A stretch of DNA of 63,402 bases, filler included, from Octopus bimaculoides (taxonomy: Eukaryota): the NCBI RefSeq assembly GCF_001194135.2. It is 7 parts of 7 records of this genome, joined end to end, with 100 filler letters (N's around TTAATTAATTAA, not from the genome) between each part and the next. Parts side by side here need not be neighbours in the genome. Positions count along the whole stretch, not along the records: positions 12,507 to 41,643 come from NC_068987.1; 6 more parts are not named here. One strand, written 5' to 3'. The position numbers were made by a program, and so were the translations under genes. Positions 24,378-38,479 of this stretch are shown here, in pieces. The notes under the pieces are model-generated. The model was given only the letters and a program-made list of their open reading frames with translations, searched no databases and was not told the origin of the DNA. How positions within the stretch are numbered: the first letter of the stretch is position 1; every line of letters starts with the position of its first letter.

Positions 24378-27329
24378 TAAAGATAGAGACAGAGAGAGAG
24401 AAAAGAGAGACAGAGAGCGACAAACAAACAAACAGACTGAAAGTGAGAGTGAAATACTAAACAGTTCGAAAATTTGTAAGTTAGTAAATTAAGCACCCAA
24501 TTGTCTTGAGATCATCAACATTTCATATAACGTATTTAAAACAACGTCCTTTATACGTCATGTTGGTAAGTGGATAGGCGGGTGCAGCTTAGATGAAGCC
24601 GACAGCATCATTCTTGTCAATCATCAGATTCTTTATAAAATAGCTAACGCTACTATGATAGTGCTTCACAAAATTTTTTTGTAAACGAATATTTTTCCGC
24701 CGGTGTGGTTAGTAACATAGTTTGAAAATGCAAGCTGCTTATTGTAGTCAGCATATGAATACACTATACAGCATAGAAATCTACATTTAATAGGAGAAAA
24801 ATGAACATAGCGTGCATACATAGCTGTGTCTATATAATTTGAGAGTTCATATCGGATGTGTTATTTTGACGCGTCTCGTGTGTGTTGTGTTAGTATGTAA
24901 AATAGTTTTAGTTGGCAAATTGAAGTCTGAATTAGAGTATTGTAGTTGAATCATCCTAGCAAAGCAGACGTTTACAAATTTTTTCAATTCATGTCTTACT
25001 TTTCTTGGGAAATTCATCTGAGCGGATTTGATCTCTTGGTATTTTGATGCTGGAAGAGACACTTGAGTGTATATTTTGCTAATTGCGTGGCAGTTATTTA
25101 GTCAACGTCCCTAAATTATGACTCGTGTTTACAACCTACCTTGTTCAAGTCACAGTTGCAAATACCGATGTACATTTTCTTGTCGATCCTTATTTGGTGT
25201 GTTCGATTGAAATAACCTCCGATTCGCATCATTGACATCGCATAGTTCCGGAACAGAATATTTTCTCGATCTACTCGGGATTATCTTTTCTCAAATTAGG
25301 CACTGCATATATACCCGACCTTGATGGGACGACTATTAATACATCTCCTATACATAGTGCCTTCAGAGAAATCATTATCTATTAGGGCCCAATTATTTCC
25401 CTATGTTATTCTTAAAACTTAATGTAAAAGACGCAGTATACCACGTTAAGCTCCCAAGCTATTCACTTGAAACAACAACCATGTAAATTTTCATCATATT
25501 CGAAAGTATAATCTTCATCACAGTGACAACACTAAAATCACCAGCTCAGCTCTCAGTTTGCACATAAAGTTTCAAACCAATTTCACACATCCTGCAGTAT
25601 ACATATAACTCACTTCAACATCTTGAAACTTGAACATCTATGAATTAAAACATTATCGGTAATGAATTCAGATATCCGAAGTACAAATGAGAAGACACGC
25701 ACGCAAAATATGCGTAAATACGCAAATTATTAATTATATATACAATACTTTTCCCAGAAGTTTATGAAAATAGATGAACAGACCGTAAATGTCCGAGTTT
25801 GCTAATAGATTTACGTTGCAAAATACTAATTTATAACCACTGCAAGGAGAAAGGTTAACCCTGAAATATCGATTCTCCCCACATAATCTCGCGTTAGCCA
25901 CGATCAATTAAAAGAAAAACATATCTTTGTGGAGTAATATATNNNNNNNNNNCACACACACACACACACACACACGTATGAAGGTTCGCAATTCCATTTC
26001 AAACAAGAACTGAGATTTACAATTAAGACCAAATTTACTTGTGAATAATTTATGTGATAACATTTTCAGGTTCGGGACACAGTAATATAGATCAAACAAG
26101 GAAGTCACTTAGACGGACAGGTACGCTGCATGAGAAACGGCTCCATTCCCTAGGTATAAACAAATACTATTGAGTGTACATACAGAAAGAAATGAAGGAA
26201 ATCATTAATTCATGAAGGCATAACCAATACCGTACATATTTTATCTGATTATTTTAATTCATAAGTTTAAATAAATTTCCCCCCCCCCATGTGCATTTAC
26301 CTCCCTTGACCTGAATCATGACAATCATTAATTACTTCTCGTTAAATGTTTTCAACATACTGATTCTTTAACAAACAAAGCTCCATACAAGCAACAAGAA
26401 CTAAAAATATCTAATGTAAATATGATTTTGCAGTANNNNNNNNNNNNNNNNNNNNNNNNNNNNNNNNNNNNNNNNNNNNNNNNNNNNNNNNNNNNNNNNN
26501 NNNNNNNNNNNNNNNNNNNNNNNNNNNNNNNNNNNNNNNNNNNNNNNNNNNNNNNNNNNNNNNNNNNNNNNNNNNNNNNNNNNNNNNNNNNNNNNNNNNN
26601 NNNNNNNNNNNNNNNNNNNNNNNNNNNNNNNNNNNNNNNNNNNNNNNNNNNNNNNNNNNNNNNNNNNNNNNNNNNNNNNNNNNNNNNNNNNNNNNNNNNN
26701 NNNNNNNNNNNNNNNNNNNNNNNNNNNNNNNNNNNNNNNNNNNNNNNNNNNNNNNNNNNNNNNNNNNNNNNNNNNNNNNNNNNNNNNNNNNNNNNNNNNN
26801 NNNNNNNNNNNNNNNNNNNNNNNNNNNNNNNNNNNNNNNNNNNNNNNNNNNNNNNNNNNNNNNNNNNNNNNNNNNNNNNNNNNNNNNNNNNNNNNNNNNN
26901 NNNNNNNNNNNNNNNNNNNNNNNNNNNNNNNNNNNNNNNNNNNNNNNNNNNNNNNNNNNNNNNNNNNNNNNNNNNNNNNNNNNNNNNNNNNNNNNNNNNN
27001 NNNNNNNNNNNNNNNNNNNNNNNNNNNNNNNNNNNNNNNNNNNNNNNNNNNNNNNNNNNNNNNNNNNNNNNNNNNNNNNNNNNNNNNNNNNNNNNNNNNN
27101 NNNNNNNNNNNNNNNNNNNNNNNNNNNNNNNNNNNNNNNNNNNNNNNNNNNNNNNNNNNNNNNNNNNNNNNNNNNNNNNNNNNNNNNNNNNNNNNNNNNN
27201 NNNNNNNNNNNNNNNNNNNNNNNNNNNNNNNNNNNNNNNNNNNNNNNNNNNNNNNNNNNNNNNNNNNNNNNNNNNNNNNNNNNNNNNNNNNNNNNNNNNN
27301 NNNNNNNNNNNNNNNNNNNNNNNNNNNNN

Positions 27330-27377
<48 letters not shown>

Positions 27378-28406
27378 CGTATGCATAGAATGGAATTGTG
27401 TTGTTATATATATATCTGTGTTTAGATATGTGTATTTATGCCCCTTCCCTATTAAATAATGTGTCACTATATGTCAATCATAAATAGATGTTTAGGTCTT
27501 TTCCTTTATATCCAAATACACGCCGCTGCCTGTGAGATTCTATGCGCTTGTCTGTGCTTTCTTTGCATTTGTGTGTACGCGTGTGCGTGCATTTGCGCAT
27601 GCACACTTTGAATATCAATGATTTATACACATCCTATTCAACAAGGAAGGTTTCTCAGTGATAATGCTTTTTCATGTTTAGAGGACATCAAACACTTTCT
27701 CGTAAGTCCTAGCAAGTATCACTCCACGAATACATTTAACAACAGCAGATAACAATACGGCATAATTTCAAATTCAAATACCTTTTGTTCTTCCTGCTAA
27801 TAACTAATGCATTTCATACACACACACACACACACACACACACATACTCATACACACACACTCACACACACACANNNNNNNNNNNNNNNNNNNNNNNNNN
27901 NNNNNNNNNNNNNNNNNNNNNNNNNNNNNNNNNNNNNNNNNNNNNNNNNNNNNNNNNNNNNNNNNNNNNNNNNNNNNNNNNNNNNNNNNNNNNNNNNNNN
28001 NNNNNNNNNNNNNNNNNNNNNNNNNNNNNNNNNNNNNNNNNNNNNNNNNNNNNNNNNNNNNNNNNNNNNNNNNNNNNNNNNNNNNNNNNNNNNNNNNNNN
28101 NNNNNNNNNNNNNNNNNNNNNNNNNNNNNNNNNNNNNNNNNNNNNNNNNNNNNNNNNNNNNNNNNNNNNNNNNNNNNNNNNNNNNNNNNNNNNNNNNNNN
28201 NNNNNNNNNNNNNNNNNNNNNNNNNNNNNNNNNNNNNNNNNNNNNNNNNNNNNNNNNNNNNNNNNNNNNNNNNNNNNNNNNNNNNNNNNNNNNNNNNNNN
28301 NNNNNNNNNNNNNNNNNNNNNNNNNNNNNNNNNNNNNNNNNNNNNNNNNNNNNNNNNNNNNNNNNNNNNNNNNNNNNNNNNNNNNNNNNNNNNNNNNNNN
28401 NNNNNN

Positions 28407-28485
<79 letters not shown>

Positions 28486-30879
28486 TATATATATACACAC
28501 ACATGTATGTATGTAGATGTATATACATACACCACACAGTTATGAATATATTATCTTCATTATTATGAAAGAATACAGTTTATGTATTCCTATGTGATAT
28601 CTAATACATATTACATAAGCCACATATAGAATCTGATTGGTGCTGTTTAAGAGATCCAACAAATAATTCTTGTAGAAAAAATCTCTTGCTATTCGTTTCC
28701 ATTCTTTTTGTTTTTTTTTCCTTCCGTGTTACTCTTTGAACATTAGTTTTCATTAAATGAGCTAAAACTGTTCATTAATTTCCCTCAGTTGAGGCAATAT
28801 TTGAACTCAGAAAGACGGACCTCTGTTAGATACAAAAATCAGTCCCTGTCCGTCGCAATATACTGTCCAATTTCGGAACTTTGAATTATGGAGCCGTAAC
28901 AGACGAAAGGCAAATTTCACCGAGTTGCAATTGAAAGAAATAACAGAGAATCGTACGAAATGACCATAAACACAACCACTCTAAGAATTTGTAGCGTCAA
29001 CAGTAAATTTAAGATATATTCATTTACATTCAGTGTGTGTGTGTGGGTGTGCGTGTGTGTGTGCGTGAGTGTGTGTGGCACTTGATAAGACTATCACTAT
29101 ACGACGTAAACAGCGAAAGTGTGGTGAATATAAAAAAAAACAAACATGTGGGTGTAAACGTCTCTATATACATACACACATACATATATATAAATATGCA
29201 TATATACGTACATGCACGAACACACACACGTATATGCGGAGAGAGAACGAGGAGTGAGAGAGGTGAAAAAAGACAGTGATCCAAATAACTTCCAATTAAT
29301 TGCAGAGCTCATTCTGGGATTCTCTCAGTAAACGAAGATAGAGATGCATTTGTTATTCATGTGAATATTTATTTGTAATATAACGCATTCCTGATTTTCA
29401 ACATGTTGTTGCTGTCGCGTTTGTTGTAAATATCTGTGTATGTATGTGTGTGTTTATGTGTGTTTGTGTATGTTTGTATGTGTGTTAGTGTATTATGCAA
29501 ACAAATATAGATATACACACACCCTCGGCACGCACATGTACACGCACACAGAACATATTATAAATTATGTTTGAATGCGATACCTTATCCAGTGTTAATT
29601 TTGACATTTCTACTTTGACAGCGCTGACAATCAGTACAAATTTTATTCAAGTACACTTCATATTTTGATTCATTTCTTTATCGTTTTGTACGCTAAAATA
29701 CATAGAAATACTATATTTCGTTTCTCTTATATAAACAAGTGACATATCTTGAAATTTATTGAATATCTGTATACTATTCAGAGAAATAGAAATTAAAGTA
29801 CTTGGAACAATTGGAAATATTTTACAACAAAAAAGGAAAATAATTATGTTTAATGTTATTAATAATTCTCAAGAAAACAAATGAATTTATCTTGTGATTG
29901 CAGTTCCTGTAGTATTCAGCTGAGGTCCATATACATTCTCATTAAGTAGCCGCAAATGACGTTCAAGAATATATTTTGGCTTTTAGCTGTAAGCAAAATG
30001 TGGTTGAAATTCTTTGTACGAAATCGCAGACAGTATAATCCAATACATACACTCGTGGATACATATTCATGAACACGCATATATACCACCACCACCACCA
30101 CCACCACCACCACCACTGCTGCTACTACTACTACTACTACTACTGGCATGTAGTAACATCACCAATACCGCGTGCTATATCTTTAATTATATTCTGCCAA
30201 GGACGGGGAATCCATTNNNNNNNNNNNNNNNNNNNNNNNNNNNNNNNNNNNNNNNNNNNNNNNNNNNNNNNNNNNNNNNNNNNNNNNNNNNNNNNNNNNN
30301 NNNNNNNNNNNNNNNNNNNNNNNNNNNNNNNNNNNNNNNTCTTGTCTACCGTTTCTACGCCGACGACCACACGCTTAAAACCTCCAGAATTATGACTTTA
30401 GAATTAAATACCTGTGTCGCTGTCCAGGTTTGCACAGTTATTGTTGTTTCTTAAAATACACATGAATTTTGTTAATATAGTTTATGAAAAGAAAAAAAAC
30501 GACCGAAAATATAGAAGTGTTTTACTCTCCCACTTGCCTTTCCACCTATCAACTGCAACAATTTTACTTGAACAACACTATAATCATTATATTCAGTAAA
30601 ACATAGCAACTCAAAAGTTACGTAAAGGCCATTGGCATTGCCGAGAGTAAAGTGAACAGCAAACACGAAAATGTATTTATTATGTGCTCTGTAATAAACC
30701 AAACTAGTATGATATTTAAATCTAATACGTCTTACTTATAGACATTTCTAGCGATAATATTAAAAACATTTTATTTTATGATCGATACAAAATGTCTGAC
30801 AGATTCAATGTATCTACTATTGATTTCAAACATACCTTCTAACGTTATATGATTGGAGGGTATGATATTTGGACAGTGT

Positions 30880-31290
30880 TTCTGTTTAATTTCTGAGAGC
30901 AGGAGTGTGGTGAGATTGTAGTCCTTTTGTATATTCTAAATGTTTTCTGAAAAGTTTTCCTATCATTCTAACATATAACATCTTTTATTTTTGTTGATTG
31001 GCCTTTTCAGTTTCATCGTGTCATTTATGGCTGAATTTTCAATTACCTACTTTTCGTTTGGTTACTCTCTTTTGTTGTCGAAATCTCATTAGCCTAACTC
31101 AGATGTTTTCAATTTCTAATCTCCATATATCTTCGTCATTTTGATCTCCGATATCGTTGATGGTGGATGAATTTATCAATTTATTTACGATCTATATAAC
31201 CGATGGTCATTCTTTAGACGCATGAATTAGGTTCAACATGTCAATGGATAAATCAATGAGAAAGTATTTCTTCGTTATCTCTTAAATGCT
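30880..31290 (-). pseudogene. Highly decayed C-terminus of an RLE-type (R4/NeSL-like) non-LTR retrotransposon
   Basis: Fragments KKYFLIDLSI (31263-31243), LEIE and NIQK (30935-30924) occur in the same order as in the better-preserved copy at 57627. Confidence 0.4.
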
Positions 31291-33199
31291 GTGTCAGTGT
31301 TACAGCTGATGCATATATACAAAGATCGTGTTTCACAATGTCAGTACATAGTGGCATTCTATGTAGTGGTAGACATTCTAAGTTTGAATAGCCGCTTACA
31401 GTTTATATGATCTGTGCAAGCTTCTTAATAATGTTACTCACAACGAATGTACTTTCTTAAAAATGTAGTTTCGAAACCTACAATTATTCATGAATCTTAG
31501 AATGAATCATTATCCCAGTTGTTTTATATTCATGGCTTTCCAGTATTGAGCAAAATTGTATAAGCAAGATTTTCCCCAATAAATTTGCAATACAAATGTT
31601 AGACAAAAGGCATGTAGAATTTACTCACGAATAAATGCATGGCCAGTTCAAATTTATATCCCGGAGAATCAAATTTTCTTTTGATCGTTCTGGTGTCGAT
31701 TAAAATAATGTTTCAGTCAAGCGCTGAGAAGAAATTTATATATGTAAAGCATATCCTAGATATGGATGGAATTATTATAGCCTCATATTTTATTTTGCGT
31801 AAGCGCTTAACTAGTATGGAAAAAAAAACAAATCCATAACATTCTCTATATGAACACCAAAATGATATAGAGTATTTTTTCCTGGATAAAAAGAAACTAC
31901 ATTTTGTAATTTCTGGAAAGATGGGTTTGCAAACAACACACTGATTAGGCATATGGTTTCAATCACCAATAGAGTTTTGAAGAAAGCAACTTCATATTTT
32001 ACATCGAAAGTCTTACCACATTAGCAATGAGAAATTTCTCTAACGGCATTAATGTTCACTTCTTCAAATAAAATGTGCTGATGAACGGAAATAGATTAAA
32101 TAGGATATTTAAGGTACATATATTTCATGTGAGTGTCTGCTGTGTGTTATTGTGTGTGCGTTGGTTTCTGCGTGCGTATTTCATGTCACGTGAAACTTGC
32201 ATTGTGCAGATGTTCAAGTATTAAGAAAAGGACCCCAATTTCACAATATACTCTACAATATAAATTAAATAATCTTAAACGAAAGAATTGTGAAAACAGC
32301 TCATCATCTTTGAAAGACTATATTCAGGAAAGAGGGAGTTTTCAAAGTTAGCTTAACTAGTCCCTAATTAACTGGTTGTTTGTTCTCGTTTTAATGATTA
32401 TGTTATCACCGGAGTCAAAGATGTATTAGACGACAAAATTACTAGAGCCATGAGAGACACTGGCACCTGTTGTACGGGTCACGAAAGATATTCACAAAAG
32501 TTAGTATAAAGCTGAAACCTTGGACGAGATGTCGGAATACACACAACAATAAAATCAACATCGTACTTCTTTCTTATCGGTTGATCTCATGTTGATTTAA
32601 AGAATCGTACCTTTAAAGAATTTCAGCAACACACATACCAATCATCCCAAGAGTGTAACAAAGAATCAACTTGAAGTAGTCAATGACCAAAGCTGCATCA
32701 AAGTTTTTCTGATTTACCAAATGATGACACTTCAGTAATGAAAACGCCCCCAAAATTACAAGTTCACCTTGCTTCAGACAATGGACTTTTCTTAATTAGC
32801 AAAATTGTAAGAAAACTATGTTCGAAAGCTTAAACCAGGACTTGCACAATCGAAAAGGGTCGTTAGGTTTCGAAAGCCGAAAGCATTCAAATTTACTCTG
32901 TTCAAAAAGTAATCTATGGACCTCATCCATCTACTGCGACATTTCCCAAGTAATGTTATGTTCGTTCTTAGAAAAATAATCTATCATTTTGATTTCATTT
33001 TAGTCGCCAGAAAAATGACAACGTTGATTCCGTTCACAGGATTTACCAGATTCCCTTTCACATGTAACTTGATTGACCTCCAACTTTTACTGACGTTGAA
33101 ATAGCTGACTGAAAAGAAGAATAGCTCAGGTAGCAACTGAATTTTTATGAAAAGTGCAAAATTATTCATTACCTGATAACATCGCCTCTTCTGTATGGG

Positions 33200-34340
33200 A
33201 AAGAATACAATATTCATTTCACTTTTCAAATTACGAAATTGTAACACTTTTCAAAACAGTAGATTGAACGGACAATGGCAAAAAAAAAAAAAATGTCGCT
33301 ATTGTCGACTGCTCGGAAAAACAGTTTTATTATATGATCTCCCCTACCGATAGCCAAATCTCTGTTCTCTGAGTCACAGAAATGGCTTTATCCGTAGCAA
33401 AGCTGTATTATACCGGGATATTCCACTCAAATAACCGGCCGTCATCCACGCATTTCATGAAATCAAGGAGAGTTCATTGCTATCATTCGGAACTTCATTA
33501 CGACCTAATATCATTAAAATTGCTGTTTATTAAGGGGGCGTTTCTCAGTATCCACTTCTCACAATATACCTGCAGGTTCGGCTAGTATTCGACAAGGAAC
33601 ATGAAACTTCCTTGGTTGGAGTACAAAGAATCATGTTCAATCGCAGCCATTTCTTGTCGAGCTATAGAATATCAATGAACACCACTTGAGAAATCATGTA
33701 TGTGAATGAAGATGCAATGTTCAAGAAAAACGTAATATTTATACACTAATCAAGAGTGTCATTGGTTTAAGATCAACGATACTTACAACTTGTAGCATCC
33801 ACATCCATGGTTCATCCATCAAAATATCGAAATAACCATAAGCACAACCCGATCAAACAAGTCTCTCATTATCCAAACCTTTGTCCCATACACATATGGA
33901 GACAGACAGAATTCTTATAAAATATGATATCTATATAGAAAAACTTTATGAAAGTCCTTTCAAGAATTATAGACCCAGAACTGCCAGCAAGCTTTCCGTC
34001 TGCCAATTAGTTGTTATTTGTTAGCAGATTTATTTGAGTATATGAGACATGGGTAAATTTGCTCCATCAATCAAAAGTCGTTCATTTCCATGAAAAAGAG
34101 AAGATTAGTATATATGCCTGAAAACAAGCACAAATCTAAAGTATGAAGTCGATCATCGAAAGCCGTCAAATGCTCTGGATTGGGCATTTCCAAAGAGTGA
34201 ATAACGATCGACAACCAGAGACCATCATTTATTCCGAGCTGGCAACATGGGAACGTCATTATTGAAAACCAGAAGTATGGTGTATAAACGCCTTGCAGTA
34301 TAACCTAGAATTGGGGTCATCAAGCCAAAGGAGTTGATGA
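33200..34340 (+). pseudogene. RTE-clade LINE reverse transcriptase remnant
   Basis: MKSIIESRQMLWIGHFQRVNNDRQPETIIYSELATWER (from 34143) matches the RTE pattern LRW.GHV.RM...RLPK...Y.EL. Upstream traces are FKTVD, CSEK and QSCIIP (decayed QGC..P). Confidence 0.6.
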
Positions 34341-35359
34341 ATATTGTGAAGGAGAGAGAGAGAGAGAGCAATATATTATTCCCGATATATTATTCCCAAC
34401 GGCAGCAGATAATGAAGTGAAAAATTGCCACCGACAATGAAAACCGTGAAAACCGTGAAAACTTTCAAAATCATCGGATGCAGAGAATGTCACCGAAAAT
34501 TGGAAACATCTGGGTCTTCCCATTTACAAAAGACCCTATACTACAGAAATGTTTGGATGTCTAGAAATTAATAGCAAAGAAGTTTATATGGTGTAATTAG
34601 AGTTTGCAGTGGAGGTCATGCTTATGTTAATTAAAATGTTTTCAAGATCTTAAGAGTCATATCCTTCTTTTCACAGTTTATATTAATCAGCCCTATCAAC
34701 AACATGAACAGATAGGAATTTCGCATGATGTTTCTTTAATTTAAACTAGGTAAGAATATTTCTAAAACTGCATGAGGCAGTAACCAAGCATTTGGTCAAG
34801 GATCGGTATCAATTAGAGTGTTGGTTTCAGAAACTCTTAGTGATTTCGATCATTTAGGAAGGAAATAATACTTTGAAAATGACGTACTAAGGGAAATAGT
34901 TCGTAAGATGCTCGAACATTTTCCCGCAGGAATGGTAGAAACAAGGTAAATCAATCATTTCTACTCGTTTAGATAGACGGGTACCTTATAAACTGACGGC
35001 GGGGGATGAGAGAAAAAAGTTGTCAGAAGATCTAACCTGTTGCTGAAGTTATATACATACACAGATAGCTAATACTAGCTGTAAGAGGACCATTAAATAT
35101 ATGCAAGACGTTCAACATATGACATCCTTTTGTTATCTATGTACCACCAAATGAAACCTTGTATCTTGTTTGAAACCAGCTCTTTCCTAACGGAGGGACT
35201 TCAGTTAATAGAAAAAAAAACAAGTACTACATGAACACATGCAGCCATACATAGGTATGCATATGTGTGTGTGTATGTATCTAAGCAATACGTATACTTA
35301 AGTATTAATACATATTATGTATATGTGTGTGTGACTATGAGTGTATATATGTGCATATA

Positions 35360-35423
<64 letters not shown>

Positions 35424-35445
35424 AGAGAGAAGGCCAGAGAGAGAA

Positions 35446-35476
<31 letters not shown>

Positions 35477-36383
35477 CCTGTGAGATAAAGAGTTTTAAAA
35501 CGTAAAAGAACATGTGTAATACAAAAATCACCGTCAAATACAATATATAGAACCATGATGTCATCATCGCTATGTTGATGTGTGGAATGTTACAGTTATG
35601 AGCTGTGATAAGGATACGTCGTCCATCTTAACTATTTACTTGTATAAAAGGCATTGCAGAAGACAAGTGTAATATGAAATAAAATACACAATCTAAAGTA
35701 CATAAACCAAACTGCTGCTTTGATGCAGTACAGCAGATTTTATTTATGGGGTTGTTAGAATCATATAACCCCTGAAATAGCAAGTATTGTGTGATATTTA
35801 AATATAGTAGAAAAAAAGAAATAGAAATACCATTAAATTTTGGGTTGTATTAAAGTTTGCAGTAATTAACAATGCAGAAGTACTTCGGAGGTGGCAGTAA
35901 TTTGTTGCGAACATATAAGAGGATGGTATGTCTAAGTAAATAAGGAAACTAATAAATGTTGAACTAGATAAATAAATATAACAGAGCTCGTTAATTATAT
36001 TGGTGCGATATCATTTATCACGAGAAAGCTATGATATCAGAGAACTGCAGATGAAAGAATGTGTGGAGCGAAACAGAGTGATAGTGCCAAAGGAACAAAG
36101 CCGTGGGTGAATGGATATGCATCAGTGTATGTATGTATGTATGTTTGTATGCATGTATGTATGCATGTATGTGTGTATGTCTGTATGTGTGTATGTGTGT
36201 ATGTATGCATGTATGCACGTATGTGTGTATGTATGTATGCATGTATGTATGTATGTGTGTATGTATGTATTGTGTATATCTGTATTTTTATATGTATGAT
36301 TGTGTGTGTGTATATGCGTATATGTGTGGGCGTATGCAAATACCATACATAGGTATTAATATATATGTTCATACGTGTGTGTG

Positions 36384-36445
<62 letters not shown>

Positions 36446-37342
36446 GAGAGATAGAGATAGAGAGAGAGTTAAGTGATACAGTAATGGTAAGAACAATATG
36501 GTAAGACACAGATTAGAAGTTTATATAGATGTTAAGCTGGAACAAGAAGTAACGTTCCATATTTGAACGATAATGTGATGGAAGCGTTATACATGTACAA
36601 CGTATACACAGAGTAAAGCAAAGTAAAAGGAACGCGGTATATTTATATTTAAGAAAGTGAAATAAAAAAAAAAGTTAATGAAGAAGCCTCTTAAATTGAT
36701 TGGTTTCCTTGGAGGACAAATATATCTATATATGATTTCGATATTACGCTGGAAAGCACAAAAATGTAGGTATCCTATGAACTTCACCTGTTTCATGTAA
36801 GTATTGATGTGAATAACTTCTGAAACATACAGTTGATACAAACGTTTATCTGAGGGTTTTGTATTACTAAACACATGGTCCTTGCATTACAGTTCTATAG
36901 TTAAGCTTCTATAAATTTAGAACTACAAATTGAAATAATGCCCCAGTAAATTATATTATTTCCTTACCAAAACAATGCGATCAAACCATGTTTACAATGA
37001 AATCATTAAAGGAGTAAAAAATTACGGTTAAGTTTTACTGACAACAATTTTTGGAAAAGTATCAAAACACTTTTCAGTGCAAATGAGACACAGGTATTTC
37101 GAAATACAACACACGGTTATTCTAGTTGTATAAGCACTAAATTTGATGAAAGCATTCTTCCCGCATGATTACATGTTGCCTGTAGTTTGTTTGTATTAAA
37201 CACAGCCAATCAATTCTTTGGATATAGATTTTTGCAATGGATATCAAGTGTACATTGAGGGCTTAAAATTAATTAGTCGACTATCATACACTATGAAGAC
37301 GTTCTATTTTCTACATGCTGCCATTGTCGTGGATAAACGACA

Positions 37343-38081
37343 TTGCTTAACCACATACACTGTTAACACTTCATCACCGTGCTTATTTGCTTACTCACAT
37401 ATATGCTGTTATCACTTGAACATTGTGTATATACAGCAACAATAGATTCCTTAACTTCACTTTGAACTACACACTGTGCGCCCATACATGATTCAAGTGG
37501 AATCTTCGTGTATACACATTGCTTGCTTCGTTATTTGACACTTCGTGAAATACCTGCAAGTGTAGCTGTAGACCACCTACTCTCTCTTTGAGCATGATTT
37601 TCTTCATCAATAAAAAAACAAGGCAGAATTAGAATTAAAATCAAATTTAAAACAAATCAGTTCCATTTCAAACATCAAAAATCCGCTATGTGTTTATCAT
37701 AATATCTATTTAATTTGCGTCTAGCTTACTTTTACTTTGGAATTACGCTGGCATGCGATTAGATCTGAGACAGTTTGTTAAAGCTAAATCAATTACAATG
37801 CGGAAGACATATTAGCCATAGAAAACGACAAAAATGGTTATTTCATTCAATCATTAAATAATTTGTGTCAACGGTCAAAAATTTGTATAGTGGCGATTGT
37901 ATTAACAAATTTAGTATATCTTAAACTTAAATCATATAACAAAATTTCACAAGAGACACATTAATGATAAGAAAAAGTAAAAGAAATGAATAGATAAAAA
38001 TAAACATTAATTGCTCACATCTAAAATTAACATACTATTAGTTATAAAGACGAAGACGACGACAACGAAGAAGAAGAAGAA

Positions 38082-38113
<32 letters not shown>

Positions 38114-38156
38114 AGAAGAAGGAGGAGAAGAAGAAGAAGAAGAAGAAGAAGAAGAA

Positions 38157-38212
<56 letters not shown>

Positions 38213-38463
38213 AGAAGAAGAGGAGGAAGAAGAAGAGAAGAAAGTTTATCAACTACTAAGGGTTTACAAATAAATCGAAAACGTTACAATACGATACAAT
38301 ACGAAGCAGGGTTACACAAACATGTAAATATAAAAATATCATAGAGTATGTGGGTTTTCTATCCTCTACGTACTGTCACTGTCATGCATGCATGATATTT
38401 GTTTAAGCACATATACTGTTAACACTTCAACACCGTGTTTTTTTGCTTACCCGCATATATGCT
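37343..38463 (+). repeat. 65-bp direct repeat pair (37343-37407 and 38399-38463)
   Basis: Gap-free alignment with 57 of 65 positions identical, 1056 bp apart. Confidence 0.85.
38067..38242. repeat. (GAA)n purine tract with GAG variants
   Basis: Read directly from the sequence; preceded by (GAC)n. Confidence 0.95.
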
Positions 38464-38479
38464 CAAAAGAAGATAGATG

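Noticed and set aside
32078-32091. CTGATGA..GAAA hammerhead look-alike (also 59673-59690)
   Set aside because: The 3-nt and 7-nt spacers cannot form stem II, and there is no stem I or III.
38011-38259. Poly-Lys / poly-Phe ORFs (also 47397-47582 and 9916-10168)
   Set aside because: These are translations of (GAA)n, A-rich or (TTTC)n tracts.
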